A stretch of 53,776 nucleotides of DNA, filler included, from Stramenopiles sp. TOSAG23-3 (taxonomy: Eukaryota), in assembly GCA_900128585.1 (NCBI GenBank). It is 4 parts of 4 records of this genome, joined end to end, with 100 filler letters (N's around TTAATTAATTAA, not from the genome) between each part and the next. Parts side by side here need not be neighbours in the genome. Positions count along the whole stretch, not along the records: positions 1 to 13,405 come from LT642628.1; positions 13,506 to 26,888 come from LT642629.1; 2 more parts are not named here. One strand, 5' to 3'. Under the pieces are notes generated by a model, which ran no database searches, was not told the origin of the DNA, and worked only from the letters and a program-made list of their open reading frames with translations. A program made the translations under genes and the position numbers. Shown one piece after another: positions 11,901 to 21,846 of this stretch (positions within the stretch are counted from its first letter, which is position 1; each line of letters starts with the position of its first letter).

Positions 11901-12373
11901 TGTTCAAAAACAAGCCGGACCGTCCGCGTGGTGTGCAAGGAAAATCTCGCAAAAGCAAAGAACGGAGACGGCCGGAAGCGGCGCGGCGGACCAGGCCCAG
12001 CCGGAACGGGACGGGCGCCGACAGATCTAAAAAGGAAAAACCCGACAAACGCAAGCGGAGCAAACAGCGCTCCTCGAGAAACAAGGACAAAGACAGGAAA
12101 GACGACCCTCTCAAAGCATTTCGAAGAAAAGGGGATAACTTTGACAGTATGAGCGATATGGTCTCTCGAAGACTTTTGCGCGCCAGAGCAGTCACGAGGT
12201 TGCAAAACATGTTCCGGGCGTTTAAAGCGCGGAAAGCCGTCGAGTACAAGAAGCGTTGCCTTGCCAGCAAGAAGCGAAGGAAAGAAGAAGCTGAGGCGGA
12301 ACGGGCGAAGGAGGCGGCAAGGATGAAGCGGCCGACCGGTAGCAATAGAGGAGGGTTTTACAATAAACGTTAA
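8975..12373 (+). CDS. CCDC81-type HU domain + two calcyphosin-like EF-hand modules + IQ-like motif
   Basis: N-terminal IWKAVG...KRGIQIPKFGTFTF resembles HU-CCDC81. Two copies (about 9890-10680 and 11120-11910) of MDDxGxKKL...EF-hands...FELMMRNAWH, the calcyphosin signature. C-terminal AVTRLQNMFRAFKARK. Confidence 0.85.
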   Translation: MIDVSSSQVLQKAFNLASKKFKKNVTLTDLTKIWKAVGQVVDDEMSSKRGIQIPKFGTFTFNAAGKPIFIISDIFSRNSRSKQTKVSLAGSRPKVKINISKLALLTSYPKRMIEDAIAAVVKAYAEVVNKGRGASVRLGFHPVAEITCTDMDVRVAYLTDFLARQGASKLNPRTLARLGTQPALSTFARDVMKGAAAVESSRASSTPRSVRETFSRTESVRSLVSPASSRASYRTPTRAGNGSSKNPVVGSRATPTRSGTRTSGRMTKKPGSNRSGRYSVAGSPAKRSVGTPRSGQNAALSAHGKGIVEKVKETIIRRGGSHGIHAISRVLKIMDDSGDKKLSRDELKYGLRDYGIDLNNKQLSAVVAYFDKNGDGTVDLDEFIIGLAPPMDERRLKLVNAAYDLLDRNGDGRVTIEDMKMNYDPSHHEDVKSGKIKSDEWLLQYLAEFETIEKDGIVTREEFTQYYQNLSASIDNADFFELMMRNAWHMSGGSGWCANTTNRRVVVTGKDGKQTIKELKNDLWIRKDDEAAIRKNLEDQGVDVSKVELYAKMDDDQAFGKKNDQFKSKRARPTAAKGRSRSRPSNDAPRAPQAAAKRLASAPPPPPEDDDWQRLRRILYTPPINLPGLMQKLEVNMSCGSDKIFKSTFAMRLKYLDRKISPKLSRQLAETAALGQKEVDVSDLHDHMVNRFGTRGAGTAGKASATGGCKPVGSSSNIVDKVRKKIIARAGGHAIHSLYRVLKIMDDDGNKKLSKDELKFGLKDYGVELTSTELDNCMTTFDQDRDGTVSFDEFVLAMAPPMNERRLKFVNLAFDMLDRNGDGTCTLDDLKYNYDAEHHPSVKTGKVKSDEYLAEFLSQFDTIEKDGIVTREEFHQYYQNLAASIDGDDYFELMMRNAWHISGGTGWCANTTNRRVLVTGKDGKQSTQEVKNDLFIRKDDEDAMKTNLKDQGLDVEKMDLYAEMEEDNAFGGKKDVFKNKPDRPRGVQGKSRKSKERRRPEAARRTRPSRNGTGADRSKKEKPDKRKRSKQRSSRNKDKDRKDDPLKAFRRKGDNFDSMSDMVSRRLLRARAVTRLQNMFRAFKARKAVEYKKRCLASKKRRKEEAEAERAKEAARMKRPTGSNRGGFYNKR

Positions 12374-12544
12374 AAGCCTCCTGGGTGAACATTTTATATT
12401 TTTAGAGAGGTGTTTAACATCATTTCTATATGATAGTTCGTTTGAAATAATTACATACATATCATGTCAGTTTACACTAAAAAACATTCACGCCGCTGGT
12501 CGGAAAATCACACGGGGAATTGTTTCATCTATGAGTGAGGCCAA

Positions 12545-13210
12545 TTAGCTGGCCAGTGCTTCGTTCACAGCATCCATGATATTATGTCTAATTCGGATGT
12601 TCGGAAAAGCGTGCTTTAAATCTATGCCTTTGCCACGATCAGTTGCGGAGGTGCCATTTGTCATCCTTGTCTTCTTCACGGCCGCCTCGAACGTATCGAT
12701 CATGTTTTCTTCCCTCCCCAATCGTTTTCGCAAGTTGCTCTCTCTGCGCGCCGATGCCCTCAAATCGCTTTTGAACGTTAGCAGCTTGGTGTCCTTGATA
12801 GCGAGTCGGGTTTTCAGTTCGTGGTAATTTTCCATGTAGCTGCTGTTCATTAACTTTATTAATCTTTTCAGTGTTCTTACCTGATCCTGTTCGTCCTTCA
12901 ATTCCTGCGAAAACGAGCACTTTTCAAAACTGTTGTTCACAAGAAAGAAAAAAATTAGTATAGCAACGACAATCCCACCGGCAACGTAGTATGCATTGTT
13001 CACCCGGAGGCCTTTACCACCGGCCTGTTTTTCTTTATTTACATCATATTTTAAAACCCCCGGATGATCGTCCCTACGCGCCTCCCTTCGTTGAGCATTT
13101 ACGAATGGCGTTCTCTCGTCGCTGTACAAAGGACCACCCGGTGTCTGGAAGGGAGTTGTCGGAGAATAATGTTTCGCATAATAGTTGTTCAACGCCCTGG
13201 TCTTCATCAT
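12545..13210 (-). CDS. Hypothetical single-pass membrane coiled-coil protein
   Basis: ORF with ATG at 13210, one hydrophobic segment (YYVAGGIVVAILIFFFLV), then heptad-rich sequence. Confidence 0.65.
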   Translation of the reverse strand: MMKTRALNNYYAKHYSPTTPFQTPGGPLYSDERTPFVNAQRREARRDDHPGVLKYDVNKEKQAGGKGLRVNNAYYVAGGIVVAILIFFFLVNNSFEKCSFSQELKDEQDQVRTLKRLIKLMNSSYMENYHELKTRLAIKDTKLLTFKSDLRASARRESNLRKRLGREENMIDTFEAAVKKTRMTNGTSATDRGKGIDLKHAFPNIRIRHNIMDAVNEALAS

Positions 13211-13405
13211 GTTTTCCCATGAAAATCTCTCGCCTTGACCACCAACCAACCTTTTGTGTGAAGGCTGTTATATCGTATAAAATTAGCAAAAAGCTCTGGA
13301 ATATTCAATGAACTTTTATACATACATATATATTATTCAATTGAAGACATGTCTTGCACTTTTGTAAATTTATATTTGAGAAGAAGAGAGAAGAAGAAGA
13401 AAGAA

Positions 13406-13505
13406 NNNNNNNNNNNNNNNNNNNNNNNNNNNNNNNNNNNNNNNNNNNNTTAATTAATTAANNNNNNNNNNNNNNNNNNNNNNNNNNNNNNNNNNNNNNN
13501 NNNNN
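13406..13505. other. Artificial contig-join linker
   Basis: N44-TTAATTAATTAA-N44, which places stops in all six frames. Identical at three positions in the window. Confidence 0.97.
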
Positions 13506-13897
13506 CAATAAACAACAGAAGACAAAAAACAGCTTTTTAATACACCAAATACCATACAATAAGATTGTTGTGATATTTTAACAACTAAAAGCTCTATAAT
13601 AAATCTCTTTCAATTCCTTCCTTCCTTCCTTCTTTCTTCCTCCTTTGTGTATAATTAATAGTATGAATTTGCCGATCTTCATAATGCGACATACTCTATT
13701 TTAAATAAGACAAAACTACTAAAACCATTTAAAATAAGTAAAGTGCACACCGATAAGAAATGAATTTATTTGTTCAATTGCTTAAGAGTATTTTCTATTG
13801 GAACAAGATAATTTGTTACTTCCATTTTTTCAAGTTTTCGTTTTTGAACGAGATTTAACTTTTTTCCTTCATTGTATTTTTGAGAGGCAGCAGCATC

Positions 13898-15679
13898 ATG
13901 GCGGAACAGACTCCGAAAATGACACAGCTAAACTATACAAACGGTGGTTCGTACATTGGGTACCTTCGAGGCAAAGAAAGGCATGGCCACGGTGTGTACA
14001 TCGACCGTCATGGTAACCGGTATGAAGGCGGTTGGGAAAGCGACCGGGCGCACGGGTATGGAAAGAAAGACTTCAAGAAAACCCAAGATGTCCACGAGGG
14101 GTACTACGAAAAGGACAAACGGCACGGCTGGGGAATGTACATATGGGCGAACGGGGACAAATTCATTGGAATGTGGAACAAGGGCATCATGCACGGGGAA
14201 GGGACCTTTATCTGGAGTCGCGGCGATGTCTACCAGGGCTCGTGGAACAAGGGGAAAATGAAGGGGAAAGGTGTGAAAAAGCTTGCCAACGGGGACGTCT
14301 ACGACGGGGAGTGGGAAAACGACAAGGCCCACGGGTACGGAGTAAAGCGCTTTGCGTGCGGGGACGTCCACGAGGGTTACTACGACCAAGACAATCGCAC
14401 AGGAAGCGGCGTGTACACTTGGCCTAACGGGGACAAGTTCGAAGGCCATTGGGTAGAGGGGAAAATGGCAGGGAGGGGTAGAAAGGCCATGGCGAATGGG
14501 GACGTGTACGTCGGGGAGTGGAAACTGGATAAAGCGCATGGGCGGGGCGTCAAAACGTTCGCGTGCGGCGATCGCCACGAGGGAGAGTACAAGGAGGACA
14601 ACCGGGAAGGGTATGGGACCTACCAGTGGAGCAACGGGGACACGTTCGAAGGCACCTGGGCCAACGGGAAAATGTGCGGCGTGGGGGTGAAAAAGATGGA
14701 CTCGGGAGACGTCTACGACGGGGAATGGGAAGACGATGCGGCGCACGGTTGGGGGATCAAGTACTTCAAGAACGGCGACAAGCACGAGGGGGAGTACCAC
14801 CAAGACCGGCGGCAGGGCTACGGCGTTTATACCTGGAGCAACGGGGACGTGTACGAGGGGCAATGGTCCCAAGGCGAGCAGTGTGGGCCGGGCATATACA
14901 AGTACGCGAATGGGGACGTGTTTTACGGTACCTGGCTGGACGGTGTCAAGAGCGGCGAAGGGGTTTACGTAACGACGCAAAACGTTTTGTTCGACGAAGT
15001 CTGGGAAGAGGGCATACGGACCTCGCGCGAGGCCAGGACCGCCCCGATCTGGGTGGACGAGTTTCTTGCCCGGGGCGGCGAATACAGCCAGAATGCGCTA
15101 GAGTCGAGGGCAGCCCAGCTGCTGTCTTCAGCCAAGGAATCTGTTAGAATGGGCGTTCACCAGACGGAAGCACCGTCCCACCAAAGCGGCGGGTTCCCTC
15201 TAAAACTCTCCGGGGTTGCGAGGTCTTCACAAAGCAGCGGGGTCACGAAGGGTGCGAACGACCAGGACGGAAGCCTGCAGACCGATGCGAACGATTCGGC
15301 CCTCTATGACGAGCTAAATACTTTTACCGCGCTCGTAGGAGGTTCTGGCGACGTTGGCAACGGGCTTAGCATTTATGAAGACGATGATGACGAGGAAGAC
15401 GACCAAGACGTATCGGAACGGCATCCGGCAAGGAAACGCACCATGACGGACCGCTCTTCGTTTCTAGACATAAGCTCTCAGCGCATTCGGAGTATCCGAA
15501 GGCATGAGGGCAATGACAATGATCTCTCAAGCTCTTTCGTCAGTCAGATCAGTCTGGACGAGCACGGGCAAAGTTCCCTTCTTCATGAAATTAGCGTTGA
15601 CAATGACGTTGAGAACGTGAATGACATTAGCGCTATCAGCGATCGAAGTGAAGAGGTAATTAGCGATGCGGAGGACTAA
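13898..15679 (+). CDS. MORN-repeat protein with acidic low-complexity tail
   Basis: About 16 consecutive 23-aa repeats of the form YxGxWxxxxxHGxG. First ATG at 13898. Confidence 0.92.
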   Translation: MAEQTPKMTQLNYTNGGSYIGYLRGKERHGHGVYIDRHGNRYEGGWESDRAHGYGKKDFKKTQDVHEGYYEKDKRHGWGMYIWANGDKFIGMWNKGIMHGEGTFIWSRGDVYQGSWNKGKMKGKGVKKLANGDVYDGEWENDKAHGYGVKRFACGDVHEGYYDQDNRTGSGVYTWPNGDKFEGHWVEGKMAGRGRKAMANGDVYVGEWKLDKAHGRGVKTFACGDRHEGEYKEDNREGYGTYQWSNGDTFEGTWANGKMCGVGVKKMDSGDVYDGEWEDDAAHGWGIKYFKNGDKHEGEYHQDRRQGYGVYTWSNGDVYEGQWSQGEQCGPGIYKYANGDVFYGTWLDGVKSGEGVYVTTQNVLFDEVWEEGIRTSREARTAPIWVDEFLARGGEYSQNALESRAAQLLSSAKESVRMGVHQTEAPSHQSGGFPLKLSGVARSSQSSGVTKGANDQDGSLQTDANDSALYDELNTFTALVGGSGDVGNGLSIYEDDDDEEDDQDVSERHPARKRTMTDRSSFLDISSQRIRSIRRHEGNDNDLSSSFVSQISLDEHGQSSLLHEISVDNDVENVNDISAISDRSEEVISDAED

Positions 15680-16018
15680 AGGGAACGTTCGGGAAAATCG
15701 AAAATCAGAGTGGTCAAAAGCTTTTTTGTAAAACCTTGCGAGGTCAATGCCGCGCGTGCTGGCCTCCTTGATACAGAGGGTAAAATTAAAGAAAATGACT
15801 GAGGGTAAAATTTAATTTTTAGAGCAAAAGATCTTACGCGTTAAACAATATTTTTGTGGTAAAAGCAGTAGATTTATAGAGGTGAATCTGAAGAGTACAT
15901 TTTTTAAAGAAGTAGCGCTCTTACACGATATATACGTAAAATGTCAATCTCCGAAAAGGTCGTTTCGTCGTTAGAGATTTGCACAATTATTCCAGTGAGA
16001 GCTGGTGCTATATGTTAC

Positions 16019-16477
16019 TTAATCCTCCAGGTCCGACGATTTTTTTTCCGGGAGCAGGGCGTAATATTTGTACGAAAACCACAAGCCGCATGCTTTTGCT
16101 AATATTTGGACTATACTGATTGCTAGTGAGAATTTGTGCATGCGCATGATCGCAGCCATAGACCCGGCGGCCATTTTTGGGATCTTACCAAAATCGTGCA
16201 GGTATACTCCGTGAGTACTCGTCCATACCAAATCAACAATAAGACTGAAGAACAACGTGCCTACGTATATTTTCGACAATTCTTTGTTTCTATGCAATAT
16301 TGAGAAGATTCCCAAGACAGCAATCCCAAACGTGCAGTCGGCACGAGCCATGCTATCCAACATCGCCAAAGCAAAGAAGGCGTAGCAAAACGATTTTGTC
16401 CATCCTCCAAAAAATGCAAGCTGCTCCTGTCGCCTTTCCGCGGAAAATGGGACATTGCCAGACAATTTCTGAAACAT
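16019..16477 (-). CDS. Small multi-pass membrane protein (possibly AGTRAP-like)
   Basis: 152 aa with about 4 hydrophobic helices and an SLIVDLVW motif. The family call is tentative. Confidence 0.6.
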   Translation of the reverse strand: MFQKLSGNVPFSAERRQEQLAFFGGWTKSFCYAFFALAMLDSMARADCTFGIAVLGIFSILHRNKELSKIYVGTLFFSLIVDLVWTSTHGVYLHDFGKIPKMAAGSMAAIMRMHKFSLAISIVQILAKACGLWFSYKYYALLPEKKSSDLED

Positions 16478-17520
16478 TGTATCCCTAAAGTAAGCTTATG
16501 TTATCCAATGTTTAAATATAAATCTTGTAAGCACAGTTAAAAAGATTCCTTTCGTAATTATTTACACCACTACGATAGGAAGAAAAGTCCGTTCCTTTCT
16601 TTTCTTCCTCACTTAACGAAATACAGCACAGATATATATAAACATATAAATGAAAGTGTGTTAATCTGGAGACCACCCAACCAACAAAAACAAAATCATC
16701 CCTTTTTTTTTATAATTTTTGTCTTACTGTTATAACGGTGGTTCTATAAGCTAGACTGACTATGATATTAAATTAATTATATTTTAGACTATATAAAAAA
16801 ATATGACCAAATCATTCAACTGAATTTTTTAAATCGTTATATATAAATCCAGCCGTCCCCCGCTCCTCCCCGCCCTGGCAACCGGCAAATCTCAATCATC
16901 TTTGGTTCAATTAAATAGGTCTTTTTACGTATTAATAGTAAGAATTACCATAGTAGATGATGCTTCTTCATCCAATTTAGACTGTTATTTATTTAATAGT
17001 CCTGTCTCAATAATTCTTCTATTTTTTTAAAACCTTAATGCTAACTCTTTTGTTTGTTCGTTATTTATATTCTTAAGTATTAAAACGTACTTATTACTCT
17101 ATATTTGTATACTGATACTTAAGAATCACCTAATATTAAATTGTACATGTAAACATGCCTGAAAATATCCTACTCAGGAGAATGGAGGAGGGGGGGGCGC
17201 TCGTTTAAGTTATAATAAAATATTATTACATACTACTGCCCAGCACTACTACTGCTCTATTATTATTATATTATTTATTATTAAGAATTATTTTTTATTG
17301 TATTCATATAGTACGGTAATAATAATATTATATTTTATTCTTCTTCGCGTTTTTTTTTTATTATATAATATTATTTTTTATACGATAATACGAGGTTTGC
17401 ATGTTTGTAATCTGTGGGATAATTTTTTTACATTGGAAAACGTTGCTAAGGTTTGAAAGTTGTAAGTGAAATGGACGGTGCGTATATAGAATAGATTCAG
17501 GAAAGCGTATAAACAGTACG

Positions 17521-18780
17521 ATGGCAGGTACTACTGCTTCGTTTCCCATGTCGGGACCCATCGCTTACCCAAGTTCGCTCTCGGCGGCTTTCCACCAAAA
17601 GGACAAGCTTCCGCGAGCTGGGCAAGCGACGGGGTCGACGCGTTACACTTTTTCAGAGGTTAGTCTCATTTTTACAACGGGGTGTTTGTCGTTGATTATA
17701 TGCATGCTGTGCCTGTTTCAGTTCATCACTCACCTGCGGCACTGGCGGCGACCGTCTTTGCAAAAGTGCTACTTACGGATCATACTCGTTGCACCGATAT
17801 ATGCGTGTTTCTCCTGGTTTGCCGTATTGTCTTCCAGAAACTCTGGGGTTTTTGACCTGTGCCGCTCCGTCTACGAAACATATGTCTTGTACACGTTCTT
17901 TGCGCTGATCATTTTAGCCGCTGGGGGCGAGAAGGCTGCGATCAGATTTTGGACCAAGCAAGTGGATAGCAAAGTAGACGAGTTTGGTTGCGTGCTGTGC
18001 CCGCCTTGCCGAAGCAAAGGTCTCTTTTCATGCGGCCTCTTCAGCTACTCTTCTCCGGAACGCGCCCTGTCCGTGTGGAAGGCGTGCCTTTGGCAGTTCA
18101 TTTTTATAAAACCCACCTGCGCGATTTTTACTGCCATATGCGAGCATCGCCATGTCGCAATCTACACCGACCCGTACGTCAAGCCGGTCGCGCTGATATC
18201 GGTGACCGTTGCGATGTGTGGTTTGCTGAACGTGTACGTCTCCCTGCGGAACCACCGTGCGATCAAAGTGCTGTCTGCCGCCGGGAAATTTATGGTGATT
18301 AAATTTGCCATCTTCTTGACTGTGTGGCAAGAAGTCGTCTTTCATGTGTTGGTTGGGCGCGGGGTAATACATTCCCCCTATTGCTACCTCGTTGGAAAAA
18401 AATCCACGCACTGTTTGGACTTGACAGGGTTCGCCACGCCCTCAGCCCAGCGTGGCGTCCGGACCGTCGCCACGCTGATCATCTTTGAAATGTTCGCCTT
18501 GAGCTTTGCTATGCTGTTTTTCTTTACTTACGCAGATCCCGCGCTCGGGAAAATTGGGCCCAGATCAAAAGTGCAATGCTTTCATTTAATTAAAGTGCTG
18601 TGCTTTGGCGATATTTTGCGGAATTTAGAACCTACTGAAGACGCCAGCAATGTGCTTTTCACCGGGCACATGGACGGGAAGAAGTCGGCCTTGCCGCATG
18701 GGGCCCGTGAAGCCAGGAGGGTCATCGAAAACGAAGAACAAAATCCCACAAGTGCAGAAGGTAGTTGCTGGAAGAGATAG
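17521..18780 (+). CDS. TMEM184: TMEM184 / organic solute transporter OST-alpha family protein
   Basis: HLRHW..PSLQKCYLRII..APIYA..SW, RSVYETYVLYTFF, QFIFIKP, KFMVIK.AIFLTVWQ, LIIFEM. Confidence 0.9.
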   Translation: MAGTTASFPMSGPIAYPSSLSAAFHQKDKLPRAGQATGSTRYTFSEVSLIFTTGCLSLIICMLCLFQFITHLRHWRRPSLQKCYLRIILVAPIYACFSWFAVLSSRNSGVFDLCRSVYETYVLYTFFALIILAAGGEKAAIRFWTKQVDSKVDEFGCVLCPPCRSKGLFSCGLFSYSSPERALSVWKACLWQFIFIKPTCAIFTAICEHRHVAIYTDPYVKPVALISVTVAMCGLLNVYVSLRNHRAIKVLSAAGKFMVIKFAIFLTVWQEVVFHVLVGRGVIHSPYCYLVGKKSTHCLDLTGFATPSAQRGVRTVATLIIFEMFALSFAMLFFFTYADPALGKIGPRSKVQCFHLIKVLCFGDILRNLEPTEDASNVLFTGHMDGKKSALPHGAREARRVIENEEQNPTSAEGSCWKR

Positions 18781-18989
18781 AGTAGATAGTATTGATGTGA
18801 GTGAGACGGCCTAAAAAAGCATGGTACGCAATTTGTAAATAAGAGGCCAACCTACTTGACAGACGTTTTAAACACACAGAAACGAACTCGTTGATAAATT
18901 TGTTTCAAGTTAGGATTAGGGTATGAGGACGCTAAATTTAATTACTTAAATAACAGCCAATAATTTTCTTGTTTTTAAAATTTGTTTCA

Positions 18990-20220
18990 TCACTTCTTCC
19001 CCTTCTTCTTTGGAGATTTCGGGGAACCTCTTTCGGGTGAACTTTCTACTTCATCAAGGCTATCCTCCGCCCCAATCCTTGTCTTTCCAAAACGTAAAAA
19101 TGCAGTCATAAAGGACTCTGGCGGCATTTCGCCCCCGTGATTTCTCCTGTACTCTAACACATTTTTTCTGGTTTGAATATCTCTCAAAATTCTGTTCCAT
19201 CTGTTCTCTCCCAGCGTTGCCTTTTGCAAGCTAAGCTGAAGCTTGAATATGGGGTAGAGGGTCATTGGATAGCGCTGGTTCATAGTTCTAAATTCATCAA
19301 AGTCAATTAAACCGTCGCCGTTAGTATCGAATTCGGACAGGGCCCTGGAAAAGTTTCCTGGAAGCAAGTTCCATAAACTCCTCTTCGTCTAGTGTACCCC
19401 CCCCGTCTAAGTCGAAAGCGTCGAAACAAAACTTCAGCGTTTCCTCTTTTGACCAACAGCAAAGAGTTCCACAGACGGCCACAAACTCGTCGAATTCAAG
19501 TTCCCCGTCACCATTTTCGTCTATCAGAGAATACACCTTGTCAGTAAACACTGTTCTACGCTCTCCCATGTGATCTAAGAATTCTAAATAATCTATTTCG
19601 CCCGATTCATCCTCATCAATATAATTAAAGTTTTTCCTCAGGACCCTTAGATCATCACCTGACAGATGCAATCGACGCACAGCTTCTAGGGCCACCGGCA
19701 GTTTGAGGTCAATGTTTAAGTTTGCGTCGCTCGAACAAATCATCCTGCAGTACTTTCCCACTGCACCAGTTTTTTTCTTGGCCGCAGGTTTATCTAATTT
19801 TGGCGTCGTGGTTTTCTTCTGGTTCTGCCCTGTTCTGCTATGTACTTTATATTTTCCACCCCTGCTACCGCCTCTCCCGTTCCTGCCTCCAGCGACTTTA
19901 GGTGATCCACCTTGCTTCCTCAATAGCATCTCTCGTTTTTCAGCAAGTTTGCTCGCTTTCGTACTCAAACGCTTTAATTTGGGGCGCTGCATTTTTGAAT
20001 CCGACGCAGTTCGGCGCATTGATTTCCCTCCGGCTTTTTTCTGGGGAGAAAAACTGTGCTTCCTCGACATTTTGCCTTTCGCGGGATGTGACGCGGACAT
20101 GTTTTGCTGCTCTACCAAAGAACGCAAAAGAAATAGTGTAAGGCGACAATTCAATCTGGTGTACCGTCGACTGGAACCACTGCTTGTGATGATTGAACAG
20201 GGTTGGCTTCTATTTTCCAT
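18990..20220 (-). CDS. EF-hand calcium sensor (calcineurin B/NCS-like) with basic N-terminal extension; frameshift near 19360
   Basis: EF-hands DEDESGEIDYLEF, DENGDGELEFDEF and DLDGGGTLDEEEF in ORF 19321-20220. A fourth EF-hand, DTNGDGLIDFDEF, lies in the overlapping frame 18990-19367. Start is ATG 20220 or 20100. Confidence 0.8.
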
Positions 20221-20728
20221 CCTTGCTTTGCTAATATTAAATCAACCCCTCCGCAATCCAATTAGTGTACGTTCCTTGTATAACTGACATGGCCGCACCA
20301 CACATTTTACAACACATATAATATGTTTAAAATATAATGGGGTTCTTCTTTCCATCCATGCTACTTGATGTATTATAAATATCAGATGTGAGTATTCACT
20401 CATTAGATGAGTCTGTTCTGAGTTCTCTGCTATGTGATGTATTTACATTTAAATAATAAATGAGAAATATGACTTGTTCGTTGAGTTTTTGAGGAATATC
20501 TATTCCTTCGATAATTAAGGTTATACGTTCGTACAGTTAGTATTATATATGTATCACATGTAGTGATACTAACTATATTATATATTATAAAAAATAAAAT
20601 ATTGTTCCCTTATAAATACATATATTCAGTATCCTTAATATTCGAAGTGAATGAGGGTGCAGCATAAGTACAAAAAATAAGAATCTCAACCCCTCCCTTT
20701 TGATAAAAAAACCTATGCGTCGCCAATT

Positions 20729-21481
20729 ATGTGTTCTTTTTCCCTTTATTTAGTGACTCGTATTTCATGGCTCGATGTACGCCGCTTGCCGGTATGGAAT
20801 GGGCCAGCCGCATACAGCCGGATCTTCCATTCTATGACGTTGCTAGAAGCTTTAAAATGTGATTGGGTGCCATCAGACACAACATTCCAATCCCTAAATT
20901 CACTGCCAAACCTTTCGACCTTAAAATTATGTTGGGCTGACACGCTGCAAGATCGTCGCAGATCACGCAAAATCAAAGCAATATCAGAAGACGCAATGGC
21001 GTGCTTGGCGGCTCCCAATGCGTACACTCTTACATCGATTACGTCACTCAGCCTTGGCGCTGGAAGCGGACTGACGACATCGTCGTTAGCGACTTGCTTG
21101 ACCGCCTTCACTCAACTAAAAAAGCTAAAACTGAATGAAGCGTACACGACGACAGACGATGCATTTGAGAATTTTCAGGAAGGAAAAGGGATTGTCTTTT
21201 TGAAAATTCCCGGAGATGTTCGGGGATATTTGGTTCGCATTGACGTTTTGACGGAGAAGTTTCTCCGTACGTCTTTTTTTCTTCATAAACGCATACCAAC
21301 CGCGATAAAGTTACAGGATGGCACGTTTGTAAACGTTCTAAAGAATGGCCTGCACTCTCAAATTGCACCGGAGCAGAAGATCGAAATTAGTCCATCATGC
21401 TTGAAACGGCTTGGGGTAAGAAAATATTCTCCGCCTGTGGTGATTTTAGTAATCAATATTCCCTTGTCACTTACCTCGTAG
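20729..21481 (+). CDS. Leucine-rich-repeat-like (RNI/F-box LRR type) protein; exon structure uncertain
   Basis: LNSLPNLSTLKL, LTSITSLSL and FTQLKKLKL motifs. A possible phase-0 GT-AG intron at 21416-21524 would extend the C-terminus to about 21635. Confidence 0.45.
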   Translation: MCSFSLYLVTRISWLDVRRLPVWNGPAAYSRIFHSMTLLEALKCDWVPSDTTFQSLNSLPNLSTLKLCWADTLQDRRRSRKIKAISEDAMACLAAPNAYTLTSITSLSLGAGSGLTTSSLATCLTAFTQLKKLKLNEAYTTTDDAFENFQEGKGIVFLKIPGDVRGYLVRIDVLTEKFLRTSFFLHKRIPTAIKLQDGTFVNVLKNGLHSQIAPEQKIEISPSCLKRLGVRKYSPPVVILVINIPLSLTS

Positions 21482-21846
21482 TCTTGACTATCATGTTCAG
21501 GTGTACTCCATGTTAAATTAACAGGTTAAATTTACGTATGAGATGGTACGAAATTTTGAAGATTACAATTGGGAACTGGGTCGAATAATACGATATCGTA
21601 GGAACGACAAAGGAGGCTGTACCGACCGACTTTAAGTGATATGAATGATATGAACATACTATATCATTTGTTTTTTTTAAATTTACGCAAAGTAAGAGTC
21701 TTAAAGCAGACTAGTCTATTATAACAGGATTATTATTTTTTTTTAAATGTACGTATTCTCTTCTTTCTTGCTCTCTTCTTTCTTTCTTTCTTTCTCTTCT
21801 TTCTTTCTTTCGCTCTTGTTTATTTATACATTTTCAATGCTGTTTC

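Noticed and set aside
13928-14980. Long antisense or alternative-frame ORFs (also 38775-39698, 44096-45238, 51807-52781, 10372-11178)
   Set aside because: Shadows of GC-rich real genes, with no recognisable motifs.
18910-18921. TTAGGATTAGGG (and TAACCCTAACCC near 45787) as interstitial telomere repeats
   Set aside because: Only about two units each, which is compatible with chance.
5022-20220. A Ca2+/flagellar gene cluster (PPEF, calcyphosin, MORN, EF-hand)
   Set aside because: It spans an artificial contig join, and such genes are abundant in flagellates, so the clustering is not demonstrable.
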